Source: Allosphingosinicella sp.
Lineage (GTDB): Bacteria; Pseudomonadota; Alphaproteobacteria; Sphingomonadales; Sphingomonadaceae
Length of the DNA stretch: 64,000 nucleotides
Direction: 5' to 3'
Assembly: GCA_035543935.1 (NCBI GenBank)
Contig: DATKIV010000013.1
Span: 24,412-88,411 of the forward strand
Part shown: positions 26,970 to 36,680 of the stretch, piece by piece
Layout: the number at the start of each line of letters is the position of its first letter
How positions within the stretch are numbered: position 1 is the stretch's first letter
Program-made: the position numbers and the translations under genes
The notes under the pieces: generated by a model
What the model was told of the DNA's origin: nothing
What the model saw: the letters and a program-made list of their open reading frames with translations, nothing else
Databases searched by the model: none

Positions 26970-27668
26970 TTACTGAATCAATTCCTCGAGCCGGTGCGGG
27001 GCGATGACGACCAGCGCGTCGCCGCCGCGCCGGATGATGCCGCGCCGCTCGAGCGCGTTGACCGCGCGCGAGGCGGTTTCTCGCGTCGTCGACACGCGCA
27101 AGGCGAGGTCGGACAATATCGGGGCGGGACGGATCGCCAGGTCCGGGGCCTGCCGGGCCTGACGCAGCAATTCGGCATGGACGCGGCCGACCGCGGAGAG
27201 CGCGACATGCTCGTACATCCGCGACGCCGTCTGCTGAAGCCGGTCGACCATGACCTTGAGCAGAGCCAGGCCGATGCAGCCATGCTGCTCGGCGAGCAAG
27301 GCAAGCACGCCGCCGTCGAGCAGGAAGGCCGAGACCTGCTCGACCGCGACCACGTCGGCGTCATGCTCGGCCGAATAAGGCGGGCTCACCGGCCCGAAGA
27401 AATCGCCCGGCCGATATTCGTGGAGCAGCACGATCTGGCCGTCGAGCGAATAGACGATCGCATGGGCGCGGCCTTCGATGACGATGTAGAGCGTCGACAC
27501 CAGGTCCCCGCGCCGGACGATCGTGGCGCGGACTTCATATTGGCGAAGCCTGCCGCGCAGCAAGATGTTGCCGGCAAGATCGGCGGAACAGTCGAAGACG
27601 CCGCAGAGCAGTTCGCAAACCGAATCGCGCGAATATTTGCCGTGAGAGTTGCGGTCTCCTTCGGTCAT
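26970..27668 (-). CDS. Crp/Fnr-family regulator with atypical cNMP pocket
   Basis: LYIVIEGRA, GDFFG, C-terminal HTH LALRVSTTRETASRAVNALERRGII; start trimmed to ATG 27668. Confidence 0.85.
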   Translation of the reverse strand: MTEGDRNSHGKYSRDSVCELLCGVFDCSADLAGNILLRGRLRQYEVRATIVRRGDLVSTLYIVIEGRAHAIVYSLDGQIVLLHEYRPGDFFGPVSPPYSAEHDADVVAVEQVSAFLLDGGVLALLAEQHGCIGLALLKVMVDRLQQTASRMYEHVALSAVGRVHAELLRQARQAPDLAIRPAPILSDLALRVSTTRETASRAVNALERRGIIRRGGDALVVIAPHRLEELIQ

Positions 27669-27733
27669 TACTGTATGATATACGAGATTCGCCGAAGCAC
27701 GGAGTGCGATCTCGCACATGCCGGGCCGGCCCA

Positions 27734-27758
27734 GGAACCGCCGGCCTCGCGGGCGGTT
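27734..27758 (+). promoter_or_regulatory. Candidate EcfG (general stress ECF sigma) promoter
   Basis: GGAAC-N17-GTT ending 27 nt upstream of ATG 27786, heading a small-gene cluster. Confidence 0.5.
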
Positions 27759-27785
27759 CTCCTCCGCACCCGATGGGAGGATGGG

Positions 27786-27965
27786 ATGCAGAGCGAGCGA
27801 AACGAGAAGGGCGATCGCGGCAAGAAAGCGACGTTCGACCGCAGCACCGGCGCTGTTTCCGGCAGCGGCGCCGGCACCGGCAACAATCCCGGCAGCGACG
27901 AAGGCTATGACAGCGACCTCGGCGAGGACGCGCTTGCGCCGGTCGCGCCGGACGAAGGCCGCTGA
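27786..27965 (+). CDS. Small acidic/Gly-rich hypothetical protein (59 aa)
   Basis: GGGAGG RBS; MQSERNEKGDRGKKATFDRSTGAVSGSGAG...GYDSD; stop lies 1 nt before the next ATG. Confidence 0.65.
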   Translation: MQSERNEKGDRGKKATFDRSTGAVSGSGAGTGNNPGSDEGYDSDLGEDALAPVAPDEGR

Positions 27966-27966
27966 C

Positions 27967-28230
27967 ATGGCCCGATTCTATCTTCACGTGATCAACGGCG
28001 CCGGCCGTGCCGCGGACGAGGAGGGCGCCGAGCTCCCCGACGCCCAGGCGGCTGAAAAGCGCGCGGTCGAGGGGATCAGGTCGATCCTCGCCGACGAGGC
28101 CAAGGCCGGCCGGCTCAACCTCGACGGCCGCATCGAGATTGCCGACGAACATGGCGCGATCGTGCGCATCGTCCCCTTCGAGGACGCCCTGGAAATCCGC
28201 CGCGCCGCCGGGCGCAGGGGCGGCACATGA
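27967..28230 (+). CDS. DUF6894-like small protein
   Basis: MARFYLHV...DEEGAELPD...A...IRSILA...IEIADE.G pattern. Confidence 0.75.
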   Translation: MARFYLHVINGAGRAADEEGAELPDAQAAEKRAVEGIRSILADEAKAGRLNLDGRIEIADEHGAIVRIVPFEDALEIRRAAGRRGGT

Positions 28231-28946
28231 TCGCGGCGCTGCTGCTCAAGCTGCGTGCACGCGACGAGGTCAGCGCGGCGGAGGAGGAGGCGTTGCGCGT
28301 GGCGGTGGCGACGCAGCGCGACCTTCCCGCCGACCGCACCTTCATCCGCGAAGGCGAGGAGCTCGACACCTCCACCTTGCTCGTCGAGGGCCTGGTGTGC
28401 CGCTACAAGGATCTGCGCGACGGCAGCCGCCAGATCACCGCGCTGCACGTGGCCGGCGATTTCGTCGACCTGCACAGCTTCACGCTGAAGCGTCTCGACC
28501 ACAATATCATGACGCTGACGCCGTGCCGGGTCGCTCTGTTCCCGCACGCGCGCCTGAAGGAGATCACCGAGACGCTGCCGCATCTGACCCGGATGCTCTG
28601 GTTCTCGACCAATCTCGACGCGGCGATCCAGCGCGAATGGGAATTGTCGCTCGGCCGGCGCACGGCGCTCGCCAAGACCGCGCATCTGTTCTGCGAGCTC
28701 AGGGTGCGGCTGGGCCTGATCGGGCTGGCGCAGGAGGCCGATTATGCTTTGCCGCTCACCCAGGCCGAGCTTGGCGAATGCCTCGGCCTCACCGCGGTCC
28801 ACGTCAACCGGACCCTGCGCGAATTGCGCGAACGCGGCTTGATGGAGTTTCGCGGGCACGAGGTCCGGATCCTCGACCTGGCCGGGCTCGAGCGGGTGGC
28901 GGAATTCAAGGACAATTACCTCTACCTCGAGAACCGGCCGCGTTGA
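28227..28946 (+). CDS. Crp/Fnr-family transcriptional regulator
   Basis: GDFVDLH, LGRRTALAKTAHLFCEL, LTQAELGECLGLTAVHVNRTLRELR; ATGA overlap. Confidence 0.92.
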   Translation: MIAALLLKLRARDEVSAAEEEALRVAVATQRDLPADRTFIREGEELDTSTLLVEGLVCRYKDLRDGSRQITALHVAGDFVDLHSFTLKRLDHNIMTLTPCRVALFPHARLKEITETLPHLTRMLWFSTNLDAAIQREWELSLGRRTALAKTAHLFCELRVRLGLIGLAQEADYALPLTQAELGECLGLTAVHVNRTLRELRERGLMEFRGHEVRILDLAGLERVAEFKDNYLYLENRPR

Positions 28947-29047
28947 GCCGGCCAGGATTGATCCAGTTTAGCCAGTTGAATCAGGAACAAAGCGCGCCGC
29001 CTCGCGCTTAATATCCCAAGTCTAAACCAAGGCGGAAACCCCCATCG

Positions 29048-29941
29048 ATGGCGACCCTACCCGATCCTGGCGGCGCGGACTTCGCGTCCCAATTCCTGTG
29101 CGACGACTTCCAGCGCGGACTCGCGCACTGGAACCGGCAGCGGCTTGCGCCGGGCCTGCCCGACGAGGATTGGCGGCTGATCCTCGACGGCGACGCCAAG
29201 ATGCTGCGGCTCGAAGGCGCCTTCCTCGAGGAGCTGCGCGCCGAGGTCGCCGACGAGGCCGCGGCGGCGCCGCGCGATCGCGCCGGCTTCCTCGCCTGGT
29301 TCGAGAGGCTGAAGGACACCGGGCCGGGGCAGGGCGATCCGCTCTTCCCATGGCTCGCGGAGCAAGCGAGCCTCGATGAGATGCGCTGGTTCCTGACCCA
29401 GGAGGCGGCCGGCGAGGCCGGCTTCGACGATCTCGTCGCTTATGCCCAGGTCAAGCTGCCCGCCCGCGCCAAGCTCGAGCTGGCGCGCAATTATTGGGAC
29501 GAGATGGGCCGCGGCAACATCAAGGGCATGCACGGGCCGATGCTCGACGTCCTGGTCGAGGCGCTGGCGCTCAAGCCGGACATCGACACCACGGTCTGGG
29601 AGAGCCTGGCGCTCGCCAATGCGATGACGGCGATGGCGACGACGCGCCGCTACGCCTTCCATGCGATCGGCGCTTTGGGGGCGATCGAGCTGACCGCGCC
29701 CGGCCGCGCGGCGGCGACCGCTTCGGGGCTGAGGCGGCTCGGCCTGAGCGGCAAGGAGCGCCATTATTTCGATCTCCACGCCGTGCTCGACGTCAAACAT
29801 AGCGAGGCCTGGAACGAAGAGGCGATCGGGCCTTTGGTGGCCGAGGATCCGCGCCGCGCTCCGGCGCTGGCGGAAGGGGCTCTGATCCGCCTCAAATGCG
29901 GCGCGCGTTGCTTCGAGCGCTACCGGCGCATGCTCTGGTGA
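29048..29941 (+). CDS. Iron-containing redox enzyme (heme-oxygenase-like diiron oxidase family)
   Basis: NYWDEMG...H, GALGAIE, HAVLDVKH ligand pattern. Confidence 0.85.
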   Translation: MATLPDPGGADFASQFLCDDFQRGLAHWNRQRLAPGLPDEDWRLILDGDAKMLRLEGAFLEELRAEVADEAAAAPRDRAGFLAWFERLKDTGPGQGDPLFPWLAEQASLDEMRWFLTQEAAGEAGFDDLVAYAQVKLPARAKLELARNYWDEMGRGNIKGMHGPMLDVLVEALALKPDIDTTVWESLALANAMTAMATTRRYAFHAIGALGAIELTAPGRAAATASGLRRLGLSGKERHYFDLHAVLDVKHSEAWNEEAIGPLVAEDPRRAPALAEGALIRLKCGARCFERYRRMLW

Positions 29942-30852
29942 CCGAGGCCGACGGCGCGCTCGCCGATCTGCTCCGTCGGCTGAAGGCGCTCGATTACGAT
30001 TTCGTCACGGTGACGCCGGCGACCCATGCCAGGATCGTCGCCCGGCCGGACAAGCAGCGGGCCCGCACCCTGCGCGACATTTTCGGCTGGAGCCTGCCCT
30101 TCGCGAGCGAGGCCCTGCCGGACGACCTCCTCGACTTGCTGGAGCAAGCCGGCGCGATCGAAGCGGCCGAAGATGGCCACAGGAGCCGCGTCCGCGTCTC
30201 GCGCGTCGGCGCGCATCTCTTCCTCCACTCCGCTTATCCGACCGACAGCAAGGACGCGGTCTTCCTCGGCCCCGACACCTATCGCTTCGTGCGCTTTGTC
30301 GCTGCGGAGCTCTCGGGCCGGGGCCCGGTGTCGCGGCTGGTCGACATGGGCGCGGGCAGCGGCGCGGGCGCGATATGCGCCGCCGCTTTGCTGCCGGGCG
30401 CGCGGCTGACCCTGGTCGATTCCAATCCGGAGGCGCTCCGCCTGGCCCGGATCAACGCCGCCGTGGCCGGCCTGGAGGTCGAGACGATCCACGGCGCGGC
30501 GGTCGACGCGGTGACGGGCGCGTTCGATCTCCTCATCGCCAACCCGCCTTACATCGTCGATCGGGACGGCCCGATCTATCGCGACGGCGGCGGCATGAAC
30601 GGGGCCGCGCTCGCGCTCGAATGGGCGCTTGCAGGCGCGCGCCGGGGCGACGTCCTCCTTTATACCGGCGCGGCCATCGTCGATGGCGGGGACGCGCTTC
30701 GGGTCGCGCTCGAGGCCGCCATGCCGGCGCTGGGCCGGCGCCTGCGCTACGAGGAGCTCGATCCCGACGTCTTCGGCGAGGAGCTCGGCACCCCGGCCTA
30801 TCGGGGCATCGAGCGGATCGCCGCGGTCGGCGCCGTCATCGCGTCGGTCTAG
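29938..30852 (+). CDS. Class I SAM-dependent methyltransferase (HemK/PrmC-like NPPY motif)
   Basis: VDMGAGSGAG SAM motif, IANPPY; GTG 29938 overlaps upstream TGA. Confidence 0.85.
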   Translation: MTEADGALADLLRRLKALDYDFVTVTPATHARIVARPDKQRARTLRDIFGWSLPFASEALPDDLLDLLEQAGAIEAAEDGHRSRVRVSRVGAHLFLHSAYPTDSKDAVFLGPDTYRFVRFVAAELSGRGPVSRLVDMGAGSGAGAICAAALLPGARLTLVDSNPEALRLARINAAVAGLEVETIHGAAVDAVTGAFDLLIANPPYIVDRDGPIYRDGGGMNGAALALEWALAGARRGDVLLYTGAAIVDGGDALRVALEAAMPALGRRLRYEELDPDVFGEELGTPAYRGIERIAAVGAVIASV

Positions 30853-30894
30853 AAGGCCCTTGCCGACCGCCGCGTCATGCGGGAAGGGGCGGAC

Positions 30895-32922
30895 ATGATC
30901 GACAAATATGGCCTCAAGGTCGCCGCGCCGCTCGTCCGCTTCCTCGAGGAGGAGGCGCTGCCGGGCACGGACATCGACTCCGAGGCCTTCTGGCGCGGCG
31001 CCGCCGCCATCTTCGAGAGGCTCGCGCCCGAGAATTGCGCCTTGCTGGCGGTCCGCGACGATCTGCAGGCCCGGATCGACGCGCGGCCGGAGGCGAGCGG
31101 CGACGAGAATTTCCTGCGCGGAATCGGCTATCTGGTCGACGAGCCGGCGCCCTTCGCGATCGGCCCGGACCATGTCGACGACGAAGTGGCGCGCACCGCC
31201 GGGCCGCAGCTGGTCGTGCCGGTGCTCAACGCGCGCTTCCTCTTGAACGCCGCCAACGCCCGCTGGGGCAGCCTCTACGACGCGCTCTACGGCACCGATG
31301 CTTTGCCGGGCACGCCGCAGGGTCCCGGCTACGATCCGGAGCGCGGCGCCCAGGTCATCGCCCGCGCCCGGGCGTTTCTTGACGAGACGCTGCCGGGCTG
31401 GACCGCGGCGCTCGACGGCGAGGGTCACCCCGCCTTGGTGGCGCGCGCACAGGGGCGCCTGCTCTTCCGCCACAATGGCCTCCATATCGAGCTGGTCATC
31501 GACCGCGCCCACCCGATCGGCCGCGACGACCCGCTCGGCCTCGCCGACGTCGTGCTGGAGGCCGCTCTCACCACCATCGTAGACCTCGAGGATTCGGTGG
31601 CGGCGGTGGATGCCGAGGACAAGGTCGCCGCTTATGTCAATTGGCTCGGGCTGATGCGCGGCGATCTCGAGGCGAGCTTCGACAAAGGCGGCCGCTCCGT
31701 CAGCCGTGCGCTGGCGCCGGACCGCGTCTACGACAGTGTCACGCTGCCCGGCCGCAGCCTGCTTTTCGTCCGCAATGTCGGCCATCTGATGACGACCCCG
31801 GCGGTAGTGCTGGCGGACGGGTCGGAGGCACCCGAGGGCATTCTCGACGCCATCGTCACCAGCCTGGTCGCGCTCCACGATTTGAAAGGCCTCGGCCGCT
31901 TCAGGAACAGCCGCGCCGGCTCGGTCTATATCGTCAAGCCCAAGATGCACGGCCCCGACGAGGCCGCCTTCACCGATCGGCTGTTCGCCGCGGTCGAGGA
32001 TCTGCTCGGCCTCGAGCGCAACACGGTCAAGGTCGGCCTGATGGACGAGGAGCGCCGCACCTCGGCGAACCTCGCCGCCTGCATCCACGCGGTGAAGGAC
32101 CGCATCGTCTTCATCAACACCGGCTTCCTCGACCGCACCGGCGACGAGATCCACACCTCGATGCGGGCCGGGCCGATGGTACCGAAGGGAGAGATGAAGG
32201 GAAGCCAGTGGATCAAGGCCTATGAGGCGCGCAACGTCGCCATCGGCCTCGCCTGCGGCTTTTCGGGCCGCGCGCAGATCGGCAAGGGCATGTGGGCGGC
32301 GCCCGATCTGATGGCCGACATGCTGGCGCAGAAGATCGCCCACCCGCAGGCCGGGGCGAGCACCGCCTGGGTGCCGAGCCCGACCGCCGCGGTGCTTCAC
32401 GCGCTCCATTATCACCAGGTCGACGTCTTCGCCCGGCAGGAGGCGCTGAAGGGCGCGCCCGTTCCTGGGCTCGACGCCTTGCTCACCGTGCCCCTAGCCG
32501 CCGGCCGCAACTGGACGCCGGAGGAGATCCGCGCCGAGCTCGACAACAATGCCCAGGGCATATTGGGCTATGTCGTGCGCTGGATCGATCAGGGCGTCGG
32601 CTGCTCCAAGGTGCCCGACATCCACGATGTCGGCCTGATGGAGGATCGCGCCACCCTGCGAATCTCCTCGCAGCATATCGCCAACTGGCTGATGCACGGC
32701 CTGTGCACGGCCGAAGAGGTGGACGAAGCGCTCCGCCGCATGGCCGCGTGCGTCGACGCCCAGAATGCGGGCGACCCGCTCTACCGCCCGATGGCGGGCC
32801 ACGAGGAAACCAGCCTCGCCTTCCAGGCCGCCCGCGCCCTCATCTTCGAAGGCGCCGCCCAGCCCAACGGCTATACCGAGCCCCTCCTCCACGCCTTCCG
32901 GAGGCGGGTGAAGGAAGGCTAG
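30895..32922 (+). CDS. glcB: Malate synthase G
   Basis: [64 protein letters not shown]. Confidence 0.97.
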   Translation: MIDKYGLKVAAPLVRFLEEEALPGTDIDSEAFWRGAAAIFERLAPENCALLAVRDDLQARIDARPEASGDENFLRGIGYLVDEPAPFAIGPDHVDDEVARTAGPQLVVPVLNARFLLNAANARWGSLYDALYGTDALPGTPQGPGYDPERGAQVIARARAFLDETLPGWTAALDGEGHPALVARAQGRLLFRHNGLHIELVIDRAHPIGRDDPLGLADVVLEAALTTIVDLEDSVAAVDAEDKVAAYVNWLGLMRGDLEASFDKGGRSVSRALAPDRVYDSVTLPGRSLLFVRNVGHLMTTPAVVLADGSEAPEGILDAIVTSLVALHDLKGLGRFRNSRAGSVYIVKPKMHGPDEAAFTDRLFAAVEDLLGLERNTVKVGLMDEERRTSANLAACIHAVKDRIVFINTGFLDRTGDEIHTSMRAGPMVPKGEMKGSQWIKAYEARNVAIGLACGFSGRAQIGKGMWAAPDLMADMLAQKIAHPQAGASTAWVPSPTAAVLHALHYHQVDVFARQEALKGAPVPGLDALLTVPLAAGRNWTPEEIRAELDNNAQGILGYVVRWIDQGVGCSKVPDIHDVGLMEDRATLRISSQHIANWLMHGLCTAEEVDEALRRMAACVDAQNAGDPLYRPMAGHEETSLAFQAARALIFEGAAQPNGYTEPLLHAFRRRVKEG

Positions 32923-33021
32923 GGGACAGTTACTATTTAGAAGGCCAGGGGACAGTTACTATTTTCCGTCCGAGGCCGATGAGAATTGCCGGGCGGTGCG
33001 CGGAAAATAGTAACTGTCCCC
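32921..33021. repeat. GGGGACAGTTAC inverted-repeat element, copy 1 (left arm duplicated)
   Basis: 21-bp perfect IR 32948-32968/33001-33021 plus an extra left arm at 32921-32938. Confidence 0.85.
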
Positions 33022-33074
33022 ATTCCCTCGTCCCCATTCCCTCGTCCCCATTCCCTCCCTGTCCCCATTCCCTC
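33016..33074 (+). repeat. Tandem 14-mer GTCCCCATTCCCTC x4
   Basis: Units at 33016, 33030, 33044, 33061. Confidence 0.9.
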
Positions 33075-33077
33075 CAA

Positions 33078-33218
33078 GGCCGCGATCGCGACATCGAATT
33101 GCGCACCGTCGGCGTCCATATCCGCCGGCTCAGGCAGACGCTCAATCTCGGCGGCCGACCCGAATTGATCCGCACCGTGCGCTCCGCCGGCTACGCGCTC
33201 GATGACGATCACGCTTGA
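33078..33218 (+). pseudogene. phoB: 3' remnant of a PhoB-type response regulator
   Basis: GRDRDIELRTVGVHIRRLRQTLN...LIRTVRSAGYALD matches the PhoB winged-helix C-terminus; no start or receiver domain; RTVDVH changed to RTVGVH. Confidence 0.8.
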
Positions 33219-33233
33219 TGCTATCGCCCGTTC

Positions 33234-33962
33234 ATGGCCTATGATCTGAGTCTCAGGGAGAAACGGCTGATCCAGGCGGCGGGGATCGTGATCATCCTTT
33301 TCCTGCTCTATCTGCTCTTCCTGCGCGGCGGCTCCGATCCGGTCGTTCCGGTCGCCCGGACCGAGCCCCAGATCGCGCCGGCGCCGGTGGCGCAACCCGT
33401 GCCGCCGCCGGTCGCCGCAATGCCGGCATCGCCGCCCCAGCCGGCGGCCGACATATCGGGGCTCAGGCTGCACGGCCTGCTCGCCAGCGGCGCGGTGATC
33501 GGCTTTCCGAGCGGGCGGCAGCGGCTCGTCCCGATCGGGCGCGAGGCCTTGCCGGGGCTGAGGCTGCAGCGGATCGAGCAGAACGAGGCCGTGTTCGACT
33601 CGGCCGGCGGCGAGCTGCGGCTCGGCTTCGACGGGCCCGTTCAGGGCGCTTCGGCCGCGGCGCCCGCTCTCCCTCGGGGGCAGAGCGCGCAAAGCGAGGA
33701 GGCGCTGCGCTACCGGCTCGGCCTGGCGCCGCGCCGCGCCGGCGGCCGGGTCACCGGCTTCACCGTGCGCGCCAATGTCGAGATGCCGGCGCTGGCCCGG
33801 GCCGGCATCCGCCCCGGCGACGTGATCACCGCAGTCAACGGCAGCGCCTTCGACGAGGAGCGGATGCAGGCGCTCGCCTGGCAGATCGCCAATTCGACCC
33901 GGATCGAGATCGACGTCGAGCGCGGCGGCCAGCGCCTCCGCCTCACCTTGCCGCGACGCTAA
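33234..33962 (+). CDS. GspC-like type II secretion component with PDZ domain
   Basis: N-terminal TM, Pro-rich linker, LRLHGLL..GAVI HR-like domain, RAGIRPGDVITAVNG PDZ. Confidence 0.7.
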   Translation: MAYDLSLREKRLIQAAGIVIILFLLYLLFLRGGSDPVVPVARTEPQIAPAPVAQPVPPPVAAMPASPPQPAADISGLRLHGLLASGAVIGFPSGRQRLVPIGREALPGLRLQRIEQNEAVFDSAGGELRLGFDGPVQGASAAAPALPRGQSAQSEEALRYRLGLAPRRAGGRVTGFTVRANVEMPALARAGIRPGDVITAVNGSAFDEERMQALAWQIANSTRIEIDVERGGQRLRLTLPRR

Positions 33963-33976
33963 GACCGCCGCGCCTT

Positions 33977-35458
33977 TCAATTCCAATAGCCCGCCGCTCC
34001 CGCCGCCCTTTCCAGCGCCTCGCCCGCGGCGGCCACGGCGTCGCCGGCTTCCGCCTCGCGGCGGATGCGCCCGGCGCTGCCGCTCATGCCCGGGGCGAGC
34101 TTGGCGGTCATCGCCGCCGCCGCTTCGGCGTCGCCGAGGTCGCCGAGCCGCTCCTGCAGATCCCTGAGCGCGGCGATGAAGCGGTCGCGGCGGGCGCGCT
34201 TCGGCTTCTTCGCGCTCAGCCCGGCGAGGAATTCGGCCGCGTAGCGCAATTTCTTGACGTCGAGCCGCAGCCGGTGGCGATCGTCGGCCCCGGCCCCCCC
34301 GAGCTTGGCGCCGAGCTTCGCGCCGTGCCGCCGCACCCGGCGCCACTGGCGTTCGAGCTGATGGGCGGCGAGGCCGGCAATGTCGCGCGAGGCGCGCTCG
34401 CGAAAGCGCCAGGCGCCGGCCTCGATCCAGAGCGCGAGCCGAAGCATCAGCGCGCGCACCCGTTCCGATCGCAGCGCCGCCTCGACCAGGTCATAAGCCT
34501 TGGCCCGCGCCCTGGCGAGCCGTCCATGAGCGGAATCTTCGGCGCGGAGGCCCGCGCCGGCGATGAGGACGTCGAGATTGCGGGCGTCGCCGAGCTGGCC
34601 CGACAGCCAGCTCAAGCCTTCGCGCACCTCCTGATAGTCCTTGCCGCGCACCGTGGTGCGGAACAAGGACAGCGCCGAGCGCAGCCGGCGCAGCGCGATC
34701 CGCGCCTGGTGGAGGGCGTCGGCGTCGCGGCGGACGAGCAGGACGATCTCGTTGAGGCGGTAATGGCGCAGGCAGGCCTGGGCGACCGCGCGGAAAGCCT
34801 CGCTTTCGCTGAGCGGCGCGGCGAGCGCGATCGGCTCGGCGCGGGCAGGCTCGCCCAGGCGCTTCTCGGCCAGCGCATAGCCGCGCTCGGCCTTGCTGAG
34901 CACGCCGAGCCTGAGCGGCACGGCGGCGCCGATCTCCTGCGCGAGCGCGAACAAGGCGCGCGGCTTGCCCGCCTTGAGCTCGAGCTCCAGCTCGCAGAGC
35001 GGCGCCCTGGCGCCGCCGCCGGCGACCTCGCCCTCGTCGAGCACGACCTCGATCTGGCTGCCCTTGTGGGTGACCAGCCAGGTGGTGCGCTGGAAGTGGG
35101 AGCGGATCTGGCGGACGAGCGCGCCGGTCCCGGCGGCGTCGAGCAGGCGCCCCAGCGGCGTCTTCGCCAGCATCCTGGCGTCGAGGCCGGGCCCGGCAAC
35201 CTCGCTCTCCCATTCGCGGCGAACGAACAGGCCGGCGGCGCCCGCTGGCTTGTGCTTCACCGTCTGGACATGGCGGCCGCCGGCGCGGCGCACGCGCAGC
35301 GAATAGCCGGCGTCGCGCACCTTTTTGTCCTTGCTGTCGAAATAAGCGGTTTCGACCTTGGCGATTCGGGCGGGCTCGCCGGCAAGGCTGGCGCAGGCGC
35401 GCAACGCCGCGACATCCTCGGTCGCGAGGTCGAATTTGAGCTCGACTTCGTGAGACAT
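33977..35458 (-). CDS. CYTH + CHAD domain protein (inorganic triphosphatase-like)
   Basis: EVELKF, YFDS, LRVRR, ELELELK; LHQARIALRRLRS and HRLRLDVKKLRYAAEF. Confidence 0.92.
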   Translation of the reverse strand: MSHEVELKFDLATEDVAALRACASLAGEPARIAKVETAYFDSKDKKVRDAGYSLRVRRAGGRHVQTVKHKPAGAAGLFVRREWESEVAGPGLDARMLAKTPLGRLLDAAGTGALVRQIRSHFQRTTWLVTHKGSQIEVVLDEGEVAGGGARAPLCELELELKAGKPRALFALAQEIGAAVPLRLGVLSKAERGYALAEKRLGEPARAEPIALAAPLSESEAFRAVAQACLRHYRLNEIVLLVRRDADALHQARIALRRLRSALSLFRTTVRGKDYQEVREGLSWLSGQLGDARNLDVLIAGAGLRAEDSAHGRLARARAKAYDLVEAALRSERVRALMLRLALWIEAGAWRFRERASRDIAGLAAHQLERQWRRVRRHGAKLGAKLGGAGADDRHRLRLDVKKLRYAAEFLAGLSAKKPKRARRDRFIAALRDLQERLGDLGDAEAAAAMTAKLAPGMSGSAGRIRREAEAGDAVAAAGEALERAAGAAGYWN

Positions 35459-35540
35459 GCTTTCTCCGCCGAGCGCGCGCCGCCCGCCTGGGTTGTGCAC
35501 GCCGATTGTTACAGTTTTTGTGCGGGTCGGTTTCGGTGGC

Positions 35541-36680
35541 TCAGGCGAGGATGGAACGGTCGATCTGGTCGATGCGGGTGACGCCGGTCAGCGCCATCGC
35601 GACGCGCATCTCGGCCTCGAATATCTCGAGCAGCCTCGTCACGCCGGCCCCGCCCTGGGCGGCCAGCGCATAGGCCCAGGCGCGGCCGAGCAGCACGCCG
35701 TCGGCGCCGAGCGCGAGCATCCTGACCACGTCGAGCCCGGAGCGGATGCCGCCGTCGGCGAGGATGGTCATGCCGCCGCCGACCGCCTCGGCGATGGCGG
35801 GCAAAGCGCGCGCGGTGGAGAGCACGCCGTCGAGCTGGCGCCCGCCATGGTTGGAAACAGTGATGCCGTCGGCCCCGGTCGCCGCGGCCTCGCGCGCATC
35901 GTCGGGGTCGAGAATGCCCTTGATCACGAACTTGCGGGGCCAGAGCGAGCGGATGAAGTCGATGTCCTTCCAGGTCAGGGTCGCGTCGAAATTGGCCGCC
36001 GACCAGGTCAGGAAATCGAGCATGCCGGCCTTGCGGTCGAGCAGATGCGCGACGTTGCCGAGCGCGTGCGGCCGCCCGTTCACGCCGACGTCCCAGAGCC
36101 AGCGCGGACGCCCAAGCGCCTGCATGAAGCGCCGCGTCCGGCCCCTCAGACCCGGCGCCGCGGTCAGCCCGGAATGGACGTCGCGATAGCGCGAGCCCGG
36201 CACGGGCAGGTCGACGGTGAAGAGGAGGACCGGGCAGTCGAGTTCGATCGCCCCGGCGATCATTTCGCGCGTGAAGCCGCGATCCCTGGTCACGTAGAGC
36301 TGGAACCAGATCGGCCGCTCGGCGCCGGCGCTGACTTCGCGCAGCGGGCAGCAGCCGACGGTCGAAAGCGTGAACTGGACCCCCGCCGCCTGCGCCGCGC
36401 GCGCCGCCTGGACCTCGCCGCGCCGCGCATACATGCCCGCCAGCCCGACCGGCCCGAGCGCCAGCGGCATGGCCAGCTTCTGCCCGAGCAGCTCCGCCGA
36501 AAGATCGAGCGCCGAAACGTCGCGCAGCACGCGCTGCCGCAGCGCCACCTCGGCCAGGTCAGAGACGTTCCGCCTGAGCGTCACCTCGCCATAGGAACCG
36601 CCGTCGATATATTCGAACAGAAAGCGCGGCAGGCGCCTGCGCGCGGCGGCGCGGAAATCGGCGGCGGAGGCGATGCGCAT
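35541..36680 (-). CDS. lldD: FMN-dependent L-lactate dehydrogenase
   Basis: [45 protein letters not shown]. Confidence 0.92.
   Translation of the reverse strand: MRIASAADFRAAARRRLPRFLFEYIDGGSYGEVTLRRNVSDLAEVALRQRVLRDVSALDLSAELLGQKLAMPLALGPVGLAGMYARRGEVQAARAAQAAGVQFTLSTVGCCPLREVSAGAERPIWFQLYVTRDRGFTREMIAGAIELDCPVLLFTVDLPVPGSRYRDVHSGLTAAPGLRGRTRRFMQALGRPRWLWDVGVNGRPHALGNVAHLLDRKAGMLDFLTWSAANFDATLTWKDIDFIRSLWPRKFVIKGILDPDDAREAAATGADGITVSNHGGRQLDGVLSTARALPAIAEAVGGGMTILADGGIRSGLDVVRMLALGADGVLLGRAWAYALAAQGGAGVTRLLEIFEAEMRVAMALTGVTRIDQIDRSILA

Noticed and set aside
27786-27965. 59-aa ORF as RiPP precursor for the diiron enzyme and methyltransferase
   Set aside because: Separated by two unrelated genes; no leader/core pattern, protease or transporter.
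33016-33074. Possible CRISPR array
   Set aside because: 14-bp units are contiguous with no spacers; no cas genes.
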